This document shows, piece after piece, positions 8,769 through 17,861 of a stretch of 55,861 nucleotides of DNA. The position numbers and the translations under genes were made by a program. Where the stretch lies: positions 1-55,861 of IMG/VR virus record IMGVR_UViG_3300021082_000030. One strand, written 5' to 3'. Below the pieces are notes generated by a model. That model did not search any database, had not been told where the DNA came from, and was given only the letters and a program-made list of their open reading frames with translations. This DNA is from a virus (lineage: Duplodnaviria > Caudoviricetes). Position 1 is the first letter of the stretch, and every line of letters begins with the position of its first letter.

Positions 8769-9352
8769 ACAACCTCTAGGTTGTGCTAACTAAGGCAGAG
8801 TTCCAGACCCTCTGCCGACAGTAGCTTTATTCTACGCTAACCCATTGATAACAGGGGCTTTTTACCCCCTCATTGAAATCATTGGGTTTTTCGCGTTTGC
8901 CCCAAATGTAGGACTAAATGTGCCCTCGTAAGTGCTTGATATTGCTTATGTATTAGCGATGTGTTGCTTAATTACAACAGGTTCGAGCGCCGCCGCGCCG
9001 GGCCCTAGGTTCCATTTCAAAAATTCCGCACCGCCCCCCCGGCCCTTCGATATGGATGGGCCGTGGCTGCCCGCCCCATCCCCGCCCATGCGTTCGCTGA
9101 TCCATTTGGCCTTCGTCGTCGCTCAACCTCGCAAAACGCACCAGTGAGCATCCTAGGGGCTCGATCTCGGGCAACTCGTAACCAATTGATATTGTTATAC
9201 TATTGTTTTGAGCCTGCCACAACCTATTGATCTAATTGATCTTTTAGACTTGGCTCCAATCAGAGAGAATATCCTTCCTGACCTACCCAAACCCACATAA
9301 CCCTAGGTTGCATAACTGTGTCGCTGGACTACTCTGGCCTTGCCACAACCTA
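8769..9352. promoter_or_regulatory. Putative cos/packaging region with three IHF consensus sites
   Basis: AT-rich non-coding gap between the HNH gene and terL; exact WATCAANNNNTTR matches on the minus strand at 8838-8850, 8929-8941 and 9179-9191; C/G-rich tract near 9029-9045. Confidence 0.6.
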
Positions 9353-10192
9353 GCAGTGCATCGCATCGTTAGAGCTTTTCACTCTCTCTAGTTGCACGAG
9401 GCGAGCAGGCAGGCTGTGCAGATGGTGCCAGCGCTTCACTCCGTTGGTCAGGTCAGCGACAGCATGGGCTCGTGCAGGGTCCGCGTGCAGGCGTGCGATG
9501 CAGACATCAGCCGCAGTGTCGAGCAGCACCACAGTCGGAGAGCCGAGCGCTCGGCACCATGCGTCACGCTCGTCTTGAGTGGGCCCACCGATCACCACGA
9601 AAGCTCGGCCTTTTGTTTTCAGCACCAAGCCTCGCAGCATGGAATCCCTATAGGCCATTGCGCGTCGGAGAATCCTTCGATCGGTGTCCCATAGTCGCCC
9701 ACCGACAGCGAGCTTGCAGTCATCGAGACTGATCACTGTGTCGCCTGAGCGCTTGTGTGCGTTGACCCATGTGGTCTTGCCCGAAGCGGGAGGACCGCAC
9801 ACCAGAAAAACTGGAATTGTTGGGGCTCGCAGATGATGCGGGACAGAAAAACCGAAACGCTGAAAAGCTCCGCGCGGCAAGTTCGCTGGATGGTTTGGAT
9901 CGACCGGCCATCCGTCGGTGCCGATGGCGCGATCGTAGCCGCGACTCTCAGAAAACTTTTTCCGAACCTCGTGGCAATTCCTGCAGACGCTTTGCAGTTC
10001 ACCGCACCAAAATTTTTCCGGATCGCCGAAATGTTTTTCGATGTGGTCGACGACGTTTGCCGGCGTGACCTTGCCTTGGCGCTTGCACAGCCGGCACAGC
10101 GGCTCGATCGCCAGTTGCTGCAGCCGCATATTTTTCCAGCGACGCCAGCGATACCATTTTGTCCAAGGCGCTGTTGTCTCGATCGGCTTCAT
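9350..10192 (-). CDS. Packaging-type HNH endonuclease fused to a P-loop kinase-like domain
   Basis: EPLCRLC...VVDHI...LQSVCRNCH, then GTDGWPVDPNHP, then LVCGPPASGKTT...ISLDD. Confidence 0.8.
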   Translation of the reverse strand: MKPIETTAPWTKWYRWRRWKNMRLQQLAIEPLCRLCKRQGKVTPANVVDHIEKHFGDPEKFWCGELQSVCRNCHEVRKKFSESRGYDRAIGTDGWPVDPNHPANLPRGAFQRFGFSVPHHLRAPTIPVFLVCGPPASGKTTWVNAHKRSGDTVISLDDCKLAVGGRLWDTDRRILRRAMAYRDSMLRGLVLKTKGRAFVVIGGPTQDERDAWCRALGSPTVVLLDTAADVCIARLHADPARAHAVADLTNGVKRWHHLHSLPARLVQLERVKSSNDAMHC

Positions 10193-10272
10193 GCGAGCGG
10201 ACGCGCGGCGATGACGACAAGGACGCCGGTGAGCAGGACGATCGCGAGCCACGGGACGAGATCGGCGATCAT
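10189..10272 (-). CDS. 27-aa membrane peptide
   Basis: MIADLVPWLAIVLLTGVLVVIAARPLA; its stop overlaps the HNH start. Confidence 0.4.
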   Translation of the reverse strand: MIADLVPWLAIVLLTGVLVVIAARPLA

Positions 10273-10277
10273 GTGAG

Positions 10278-10442
10278 CTACCAGCGCTTGAGCGCATCCA
10301 TGAACGTCATATCGGGCACGTTGCCTTCGTAGCGTTTTTCATCGTTGCGCACGGTGGCTTCGGACCCGAGCCGGATGGCGCACCAGTAGACAAGGCGGCG
10401 CGGGAGCAGCCACGCGATGATGATGGTGAGGCGCTCGATCAT
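10278..10442 (-). CDS. Small hypothetical protein
   Basis: MIERLTIIIAWLLPRRLVYWCAIR... first ORF after the putative late leader. Confidence 0.55.
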   Translation of the reverse strand: MIERLTIIIAWLLPRRLVYWCAIRLGSEATVRNDEKRYEGNVPDMTFMDALKRW

Positions 10443-10659
10443 GGCGCACCTGAAAATGTTGGCGTGCCCAACGAACCACAAGACCGGGGATGGGTTGAGG
10501 TTGCCGGGCACGCCTGATCCTGCCGGACGAAGACGCGAAACAGTTTCCCAACACGAGACGCGGGATCAACCGGCAGAAACGCGCTGCGCGTTCGAGATTC
10601 GCCATTCCGGCGAAAATCGCGCGACGGAATTGTTCAGCGTCTTGTGTTGGGATGTCCGA

Positions 10660-10688
10660 GCCTTACGCCCGAATCGAAAGCTGTGCAA
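10660..10688 (-). promoter_or_regulatory. Putative late promoter (sigma70-like)
   Basis: TTGCAC-17 bp-TAAGGC on the minus strand, downstream of the NusG-like gene and upstream of the packaging genes. Confidence 0.4.
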
Positions 10689-10704
10689 GGCTTTGTGCGT
10701 CTTC

Positions 10705-10917
10705 TCAAATCCAAGTCTCGACGATCTCGGGCGCATCGTCGGGGCTCCGCGTCATCCGCACCAGCCCTTTCGGCAACAGCGCGCGGATTTCCGGCAGCGA
10801 CCGGGCGGTGAAGCCATCATGAGTGGCGACGGCTCCCTGCTTGGTGATCTCGAAGCGCCGCGCGGCGTAGCCGTAGGGCTCGCTTGGTGGCCGGCGGTAG
10901 ATCGTCCAAGTGTTCAT
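10705..10917 (-). CDS. Phage hypothetical protein
   Basis: 70 aa, coupled to the NusG-like gene (ATGA overlap). Confidence 0.65.
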   Translation of the reverse strand: MNTWTIYRRPPSEPYGYAARRFEITKQGAVATHDGFTARSLPEIRALLPKGLVRMTRSPDDAPEIVETWI

Positions 10918-11405
10918 CGCTTCACCGCGATCGGCTCGACCTGACCGACGGGCATGGTGACGGTCACGCTCTGGCCGAGCAGATCGAGCAGCACGCGCTC
11001 GCGTTGGGCTCCGTTCATGCCGGCATAGATCGCGGTATGCCCGGCGAATGTCCCGGTGAGGACGCGCACGGGCTGGCCCTCCTGCAACGCCGGCGGCTTC
11101 GGCAGTTTCACCAAGCCGCGCACTTCTCGCCCTTTGATCTCATCCACGACAGCATCCGCTAATTTTGCCGGCCTATCGCCGTGCATCAACAGTTTCAAAA
11201 CACCCGGGCACCATCGTATCGGATACCAGCGCACCACGACACGAACCATCAGGTAGCCCGGGAACAGCGGGGCGACGCGCTTGGCCGCTCTGATCTTCGG
11301 CACGTAGACTTCGAACTGATCGCGTTCGAGATGCCGGCGCACGAGGTCTTCGCGCTGCGACATCGCCACCGCGACGGTCCAATAGGGTTCGGTCATCCGT
11401 TCCAA
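10914..11405 (-). CDS. NusG/RfaH-family transcription antitermination factor
   Basis: NGN motif PLFPGYLMV and KOW motif GQPVRVLTGTFAG...VLLDLLG. Confidence 0.88.
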   Translation of the reverse strand: MERMTEPYWTVAVAMSQREDLVRRHLERDQFEVYVPKIRAAKRVAPLFPGYLMVRVVVRWYPIRWCPGVLKLLMHGDRPAKLADAVVDEIKGREVRGLVKLPKPPALQEGQPVRVLTGTFAGHTAIYAGMNGAQRERVLLDLLGQSVTVTMPVGQVEPIAVKR

Positions 11406-11649
11406 ATCCCTCTCACACTCTCCCTATAGGGTAGAAGACGGAACGGAACGGCCCGCAGTGACTCGCAATCGTGGATGCGGTCCTGCGGCTCCCGTCCCAT
11501 GTTTTTTTGCGAAATTGGTTTTTGTTTTCCGTTGGTTGGTTGAAAATCGTATCGCGCGTTCCGCGACCGTTCCAACGCGCAGATATTCGGCGCTCTTAAA
11601 GTGGTTTGGTAAGAGTTGCCGTTCCAACTTTTCTGGAACGAAAGTTCCG

Positions 11650-13683
11650 TCATATCAGGTCGTCCTGCGCGTCATCGTAGGCGGGCTCGGGCGTCGAGCG
11701 CGGATGCAGTGCATAGTCGCGGGCGAGAGCCTTACCCGCTTCTGTTAATTGATATTTTTCGTTGCGGGTCTGGCTCATCAGCGGCGGCTTGCGGCCCTTG
11801 ATCAACCGCTCGACCACGCGATGAACCTTGCTTTTGTGCGGCTCGCCATTGCCGGCCAGCCATTTCAGATGCCGGGCAACGTCGGCGATCGATGGCCGCT
11901 GCGATCCGATCTGCAGATAGGCGGCAAGCACCGCGCGCTCTTCGTCCTCCGCTTTGTCCTGTTGCTGCTCTTCAGCATGCATGGTGATCGGCACCGCGCG
12001 CACCGTGGGAATGAGCCGGTTCTTGGTGTCGACCAGCTTCGGCGTGGTGATCGGCTCAAGCTGAAACGTCATCGGCTCGAAGCCCGGCCCGCGCATCTTG
12101 TTGTGATGCAGCCGGATCAGGTTGTCGTCGTGCTTCCAGACCGTCAGGTTGCCGTCGACTTCGGCGAGGAAGGCACCACCGCCACGCGGCAGCAACTGAT
12201 CGGGCTCCTGCACCGACTTGGCTGGATGACACAGCACCAGCACGCACGGCCCGCCGGGAAGCTCGGTGAGCCGGCGCAGCTTGCGGGCATGCGCGCCCAT
12301 CTGCGCGTTGCTGTTCTCTTCATCGCCGAGAAAGTAAGCCGCGCTGGTGTCGACGATGACGAGATCGACACCGCCGATCTGCTCGACGTGCGCGGCCAGC
12401 GAGGCGTACATCTGATTGATGTCGAACACGCCCGGCACAAAATAGATTCGATCTCCTAGTGGGTCATCGCTGCGCTTACTGTCGGCACCGATCACCCGCA
12501 TGCGCAAGTCATCTGGATTCTCACCAACGAAATAGACGACGTTGCCTTTCTCGGCCTTGTGCAGTCCCACCATTGCGTTGCGGTTTGGGGAAGCGACTTG
12601 CTCGGCGACGCAGAGCGCGATCGCGGTCTTGGCGTGCCCGGTCTGCCCGGTGGCCGAGTAGACAAAGCGCCGTTGCAGCATGCCGTCGATCAGATATTCA
12701 GGCGGCAGAAAGCCCAGAACAAATCCGCGCTTAGGCAGCCACTTGACCGGCGGCGGCGGATCGCCCTGCGGGACTTCCCAAAAATCTGCCACGTCTTCGG
12801 TGTGATCGTGGCCGTTGGCGATCGGCATCTCAGCGATCGGCAGTTGATCGAGTGCCTCGCGCGTGCCGCCCTGCTCGACCCATGCGGTCAGGTCTTTGGC
12901 CGGGAGGTTCAACAGCGAGACGCTGGTCGCGATCGGCTTCAACCGCTTGGCGATGACGCGGGCGAGCGCGCCGCCCTTCATCGGATCGGCGTCTTGATCC
13001 GGCACCAAGATCACATTGGCCCCGGCGAAGAATTCATCGTAAGCGCCGCGCTCCCAGTGACCCTTGCCGGCGAGCCCCATCGCGGTTGTGGTCGTCACCA
13101 GCCCGAGAGACGTGCCAGTGTTTGCATCCTTTTCACCCTCAACCCAATAGACCGGGTGGCCGTTGGCGATCGCTTCGAGCATGTCGGGCAGGCGATACGG
13201 CACGAGCCGCACGCCGTCGAGATTGCTGATCCATTGATCGTCACCGGGGCGATCCAGATCGGGGCGGCGTTGCGAGAACCGTTTCGGATCGTAGCGGCAG
13301 ACTTGATAGAGAACCGATTCCAGTTCGTCGGTGTAGTCATAGGCGCAGACGAACTTGCCGCGCTCTTGCTTGCCGCCGCTGCGCTGCTTCGGTCCTTCCT
13401 TCGGCGGCGGCTCGCCGGTGATGATCTCGACCGCCTGCAGGAACGTCACGCCGTCGAGAAACTCAACAAGGCTGATCGAGCCGTGGCCCTTGCCGCCGCA
13501 GCCGCGACAGTTGAAGACTTGTTTTTCCAGATCGACCGCGAAGCGATCGGTGCCGGCGCACTTTGGGCACGGGCCGGCCAGCCGGTTGCCGCGCCCTAAA
13601 AGCTTGATCTGCCGCGTGGCAAGAATCGCGCTGACGGGCTCGCCGCGCGCGCGCTCAACCCAGTCGCGGAATGCTGGTGTCAT
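11650..13683 (-). CDS. Primase-helicase (Zn finger, TOPRIM, RepA/AAA_25 helicase)
   Basis: CPKC..DRF..FNCRGC; VYWVEGEKDA...PDQD; Walker A GQTGHAKT, Walker B LVIVDT, LCHPAK, RGGGA. Confidence 0.85.
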   Translation of the reverse strand: MTPAFRDWVERARGEPVSAILATRQIKLLGRGNRLAGPCPKCAGTDRFAVDLEKQVFNCRGCGGKGHGSISLVEFLDGVTFLQAVEIITGEPPPKEGPKQRSGGKQERGKFVCAYDYTDELESVLYQVCRYDPKRFSQRRPDLDRPGDDQWISNLDGVRLVPYRLPDMLEAIANGHPVYWVEGEKDANTGTSLGLVTTTTAMGLAGKGHWERGAYDEFFAGANVILVPDQDADPMKGGALARVIAKRLKPIATSVSLLNLPAKDLTAWVEQGGTREALDQLPIAEMPIANGHDHTEDVADFWEVPQGDPPPPVKWLPKRGFVLGFLPPEYLIDGMLQRRFVYSATGQTGHAKTAIALCVAEQVASPNRNAMVGLHKAEKGNVVYFVGENPDDLRMRVIGADSKRSDDPLGDRIYFVPGVFDINQMYASLAAHVEQIGGVDLVIVDTSAAYFLGDEENSNAQMGAHARKLRRLTELPGGPCVLVLCHPAKSVQEPDQLLPRGGGAFLAEVDGNLTVWKHDDNLIRLHHNKMRGPGFEPMTFQLEPITTPKLVDTKNRLIPTVRAVPITMHAEEQQQDKAEDEERAVLAAYLQIGSQRPSIADVARHLKWLAGNGEPHKSKVHRVVERLIKGRKPPLMSQTRNEKYQLTEAGKALARDYALHPRSTPEPAYDDAQDDLI

Positions 13684-14243
13684 TGGCGATGCCCCGTATG
13701 TGCGACGCCCCAGCCCTCGAAGCCTTGACGCTCGAACCCAGCCGAGAACAGATCGGCCCGGCGCGCGCCCGGCGTTCGCTTGGCAAGCAGCGCATAAAAT
13801 TCATCGGGCTTGCGCGAGTGTTCGCGTGCGAGCCCATCGAACTGTGAGGGGAAGCCAAGTCGGCCCGGTTTGCCCTTGGTGCAGATCAGGATCGGCTCGT
13901 GCATCGAGCGGGCGATGTAGCCGGTGCCGACGCGGACCTTGCCGTTGACCGTGCGCTTGATCCACACCGTCTCGGTCTTCGGATCGAAACCCCATGCCCG
14001 CGCGACGCGTTGCGCCTGCCCGGTGGCGATCGCCCATCCCGTCGTCCACAGAAACAGGAAGCCGTGCGCACCGAGAAGCTCGGACACCGGCAGCGCCTCG
14101 ATCTCATCCAATGACATCAGCCGATAGCGTGCGATCGCGCCCTTGCCAATGTCCTGATTGCGCGCTGACCATGTCGTGAACTGCCACGGCGGATCGGCGA
14201 CCACGACATCGAACGGCGGCAGCAATGGTGCGAAGGCGGTCAT
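13680..14243 (-). CDS. MT-A70 family adenine methyltransferase
   Basis: DVVVADPPW, FLFLW, HEPILI, HSRKPDEFY, DLFS. Confidence 0.9.
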   Translation of the reverse strand: MTAFAPLLPPFDVVVADPPWQFTTWSARNQDIGKGAIARYRLMSLDEIEALPVSELLGAHGFLFLWTTGWAIATGQAQRVARAWGFDPKTETVWIKRTVNGKVRVGTGYIARSMHEPILICTKGKPGRLGFPSQFDGLAREHSRKPDEFYALLAKRTPGARRADLFSAGFERQGFEGWGVAHTGHRQ

Positions 14244-14812
14244 TGCTTCGCCCCCCGAGCCCGCGCCACCTCTTCCCACGAGCCGAACAGCGGTGTGGTC
14301 GCCAGCGCTGATGCCGGATTGATCAGCCCGGCGGTGTAGCTCCACAGCGCCAGCGCGTCGGCGCAATTGTCATCGGACGCTGACCAGCCGAGCATCTTGC
14401 ATGTGGCCCACACCTTGCGTTTCGATTGCTCGCGGTTGAGCCGGCGCGTCTGAATGAAATGCGCGCGCACGTCGAGAACGTGCGCCGTGATCACCTCCGG
14501 AATTGCCGCTTGCTTCGCCAACGCGCGGACGATGCCGTGCAAGCCGGCGAGCCGGTGCTGCGCTCCGGTGTTGGTGGTGCCGAACCGCGCCAGTGGCGGC
14601 AGCAACGCCTCGATCGCGAGGATGTCTGGATGCTCGGAGCGTTCGAGGATGTCGGTGAACCAGTTGAGGCAGCCGACGAACAGCGCATCACTGGTCGAGC
14701 CCGTCGGCGCGAAGCGGATCGAGTGTGCCTTCGGCTTGCCGCCGGCGCGACCGATCGCGAAGCCGGTGACGGTGGCGATGTCGAGTGCCCAAATAAGAGG
14801 CTGATCCGTCAT
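14240..14812 (-). CDS. RuvC-like Holliday junction resolvase
   Basis: IWALDIATVTGFA, LAIE, DDNCADALAL acidic motifs. Confidence 0.75.
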   Translation of the reverse strand: MTDQPLIWALDIATVTGFAIGRAGGKPKAHSIRFAPTGSTSDALFVGCLNWFTDILERSEHPDILAIEALLPPLARFGTTNTGAQHRLAGLHGIVRALAKQAAIPEVITAHVLDVRAHFIQTRRLNREQSKRKVWATCKMLGWSASDDNCADALALWSYTAGLINPASALATTPLFGSWEEVARARGAKQ

Positions 14813-15090
14813 CTCGCCTCAAAAATTATGCGCGCAGAAAAAGTGCTGAGAGCGGAACGCTCTAGCGGGAAACGGAGTCGTGGTCGTGATGACGAGAGAC
14901 GATGCGCCGTTGAATGAAGCGCGCAAGCAAAAATATTTACAAAATGATTCCGCCAAGGCTCCCCGTCACTTAACCGTCATGAAATGCTCGCTGTCGGACG
15001 AAGCGCTGTTGACGGTTGAAAATGCGCGTGATGAGGTCTTGAGCGGTCCCTGTAAGTCTATGGGATAGCTAGGAAAAACAACGCATTCTG

Positions 15091-15130
15091 TTTCTCTGGT
15101 CTTCTCTGGTCTTCTCTGGGCTTCTCTGGG
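15091..15130. repeat. 4 x 10-bp tandem repeat (YTTCTCTGGK) in the divergent promoter region
   Basis: tttctctggt cttctctggt cttctctggg cttctctggg. Confidence 0.9.
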
Positions 15131-15203
15131 CTTCGCGTTTTTTCGCACAAGGCGGGAACTGAATCGCAAGGCCGCGCGTCAACCTCTTTAAGGGTCATAA
15201 GAA

Positions 15204-16166
15204 ATGACACAGGGAGTCGAGCAGTACCCGATCGGTAATCGCAGCGACTGGCTCGAACGTCGGCGCAAATACCTCAACGCGTCCGACATGGCGTGCGCCT
15301 TCGGTCTGCACGACTACAAAACACTGGCCCGGCTTACTGCCGAGAAGCGCGGGCTGGAAAGCGACGTTGACCCTGACAGCCCTTTGATCCGGCGCGGCAA
15401 CGCGCTGGAAGACGACGCCCGGGACGAGATTCAAAAGCTGCACCCGAGTTGGCGCATCTCTCGCTGTGAACACCAGTTCGTCGACCCGGTCGCGCGCATC
15501 GCCTGCACGCCAGATTTCCTTGTGGTCGATCCGGATCGGCCCGGCATCGGTTCGCTGCAGACCAAGGTCGTGTCGCAGCCGGTGTTCAAGCGCAAATGGC
15601 CGGACGGCACGCCGCCGCTCGGCTATCTGTTGCAGCTTGCCACCGAGATGATGCTGGTGCCGGATTGCACATGGGGTGCGCTCGGCGCGCTGATCATCGG
15701 CGATTTCACCTTCGACGCCAAGGTGTTCCCGGTCGACCGCAACGCCAAATCGGAAATCCGCTTGCGCACCGCCGCCGCCGAGTTCTGGCGCGCGTTCGAT
15801 GCCGGCGATCAGCCGGTGATCGATTTCGAACGCGACGGCGATCTGATCGCGCTCATGTTTCCGACAGAGACGCCGGGCAAGATCATTGATCTCTCGACCG
15901 ACAACGCGATCGGCGATCTGCTCGAACGCCGGCAGATACTGAAGGACACCGAGAAGGACATCACCAAGCGGCTGAAGGCGTGCGAGGACGAGATCAAGCA
16001 CAAGATCGGCGACGCCGAAGGCGCGCTGGTGCCCGGCTGGCGGCTGACGTGGAAGCTGCAGAACCGTGCTGAATACACCGCGCCGGCGACCAGCTACCGC
16101 GTGCTGCGCGTCGCCCGCAACGAACATGAAACCAAAAACATCGGGAGCAACGCGAATGCCCAGTGA
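15204..16166 (+). CDS. YqaJ-like viral recombination exonuclease
   Basis: WLERRRKYLNASD, RGNALED, ACTPDF, LQTK, YLLQ; next to RecT. Confidence 0.88.
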   Translation: MTQGVEQYPIGNRSDWLERRRKYLNASDMACAFGLHDYKTLARLTAEKRGLESDVDPDSPLIRRGNALEDDARDEIQKLHPSWRISRCEHQFVDPVARIACTPDFLVVDPDRPGIGSLQTKVVSQPVFKRKWPDGTPPLGYLLQLATEMMLVPDCTWGALGALIIGDFTFDAKVFPVDRNAKSEIRLRTAAAEFWRAFDAGDQPVIDFERDGDLIALMFPTETPGKIIDLSTDNAIGDLLERRQILKDTEKDITKRLKACEDEIKHKIGDAEGALVPGWRLTWKLQNRAEYTAPATSYRVLRVARNEHETKNIGSNANAQ

Positions 16167-17232
16167 AGTGATGGAGCGCGAAACCAAGTCGACCCCGGCG
16201 ATCACCGTGCTGCGTGATCGCTTGCTGCAGCGGCGCAGCGAGATCGAGCATGCGCTGGACGGCTCGGGCATCAGCGCCGATCGCTTCATCCGCACGGCGA
16301 TCACCGCCGCCACCTACCAGCCCGAGCTTGTCAGCGATGTTTCGTTTCAGTCGCTCTGGCAGGCGCTGCTCGAAGCCTGCAACGATCGGCTGTTGCCCGA
16401 TCGCCGGCAGGGCGTGATCGTTCCATACAAAGGCAAGGCCAAGTGGCAGCCGATGTATCGCGGGCTGATCGATCGGTTCGAGCAGTCCGGTGAATACAAA
16501 TGGATCGGCGCGAACCTTCATCGCGAGGACGATCGCGAGTTCGACATCTGGCTCGACGAGAACGGCCAGCACTTCCTGCATCGGCCCGGGCCGGGCAAGG
16601 GTAAGGTGATCGAGACTTACGCGGCAGCGATCACCAAGTCGGGCGGCTTCTTTGTCAGTGTCGTCAACGAAGACGAGATGAACCGCATCCGCAGCGTCTC
16701 GCGCGCGCGTGGCGACGATTCACCGTGGGCGCAGTGGACCGATCAGATGCGGCTCAAGTCCGCGCTGAAGCGGCTCTGCAAATTGCTGCCGGTGCCGCAC
16801 GAGATCAACGAACTGATCACCCGCGAGGATGACGACGACGGCGAAGCGCCGGCCCGCCCGACGCTGGCGTCGCCGAAGCCAACACCGCGCCCGCGTGGTG
16901 CGCAGGCGGCGCTCGATCAGTTTGCCAGTGATGAAGACTGGGGCCCCGAGCCCAAGCAAGCGCCAGCGAAGACCGAGCAGCATGATCGGCAGACCGGCGA
17001 GTTGCCGATCGACCCACCGAAGCAAAAAGAGGATTACAAAGGCAAGCCGGTCGATAACAGCCAGCCGGTGCCTATGGTGTTGATCGACACCGCCTACGAG
17101 CGCGGCAAGGAAGCCAAGCGCACCGGCATGAAGCGCACCGCACTGCCGGGCGAGTACCGCGAGCCGGGCCGCGAGCCCGAAGTCGACGCGTGGCGCAAGG
17201 GTTGGGACGGCGAGCCGTCGGGTGGGCCATGA
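16156..17232 (+). CDS. recT: RecT-family single-strand annealing protein
   Basis: DRFIRTA, VIVPY, YRGLI, SPW...QMRLKSALKRLCKLLP. Confidence 0.88.
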   Translation: MPSEVMERETKSTPAITVLRDRLLQRRSEIEHALDGSGISADRFIRTAITAATYQPELVSDVSFQSLWQALLEACNDRLLPDRRQGVIVPYKGKAKWQPMYRGLIDRFEQSGEYKWIGANLHREDDREFDIWLDENGQHFLHRPGPGKGKVIETYAAAITKSGGFFVSVVNEDEMNRIRSVSRARGDDSPWAQWTDQMRLKSALKRLCKLLPVPHEINELITREDDDDGEAPARPTLASPKPTPRPRGAQAALDQFASDEDWGPEPKQAPAKTEQHDRQTGELPIDPPKQKEDYKGKPVDNSQPVPMVLIDTAYERGKEAKRTGMKRTALPGEYREPGREPEVDAWRKGWDGEPSGGP

Positions 17233-17441
17233 GCAAGCGCAGCTTGGATGACGACGATACTGATGGCAGTGAAGTCAAGTTGCTCTCGCCGAAGAATGCG
17301 GCGCGGCAACTGGGGCTGAGCATCTCGCAGATTTATCGTTTGGTAGAACGAAAAAAACTCGAAATGCTGAAGCTCGGGCGCGCCGTGCGCGTCACGCAGG
17401 GAAGCATCGACAACTACATCAAGAGTCTGCCGCGCAAGTGA
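17229..17441 (+). CDS. Excisionase-like HTH_17 DNA-binding protein
   Basis: LLSPKNAARQLGLSISQIYRLV...KLGRAVRV. Confidence 0.8.
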   Translation: MSKRSLDDDDTDGSEVKLLSPKNAARQLGLSISQIYRLVERKKLEMLKLGRAVRVTQGSIDNYIKSLPRK

Positions 17442-17453
17442 GAAAGGCGTGTC

Positions 17454-17861
17454 ATGCTTCGCTGGTCTTTCGCACTAGCGGCTGTCCCGGCGATCGCGAT
17501 CGCGATTGCCAGTAATGGCGGCAGCAAGCCGCCGCCGTCGCCACCGGAGTCGATCGCGCCGCTGCCGGTGGTGACGCAAGTGATCCGCTCGGCGCGGCTC
17601 GATGATGAAACATTCTCTCGACGGTGGCAGTGGGTTTTCGAGAACACGCCGGCGATCGAGCAAGAGGTTCGCCCCGCTACTTCACAGGGACGCGTGGCGG
17701 ACGCGGTGCCGGTGGAGGACGCGGGCCGCATACCCCGTTCGCCCCGGCATCGGCTCATCGGGTCAATCTCGCGCGGCGGTGATGTCTGCGCCCGGCACGG
17801 GATGCACCGGGTGAGCTACACGAAGCCGAACGGCTGGAAATATTGGAGGTGCCGCCGATGA
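17454..17861 (+). CDS. Hypothetical exported or membrane-anchored protein
   Basis: Hydrophobic N-terminus, Pro-rich linker, C-terminal DVCARHG...WRC. Confidence 0.55.
   Translation: MLRWSFALAAVPAIAIAIASNGGSKPPPSPPESIAPLPVVTQVIRSARLDDETFSRRWQWVFENTPAIEQEVRPATSQGRVADAVPVEDAGRIPRSPRHRLIGSISRGGDVCARHGMHRVSYTKPNGWKYWRCRR

Noticed and set aside
8968-9222. Possible small terminase ORF
   Set aside because: No RBS or TerS-like features; it runs through the IHF-rich cos-like region
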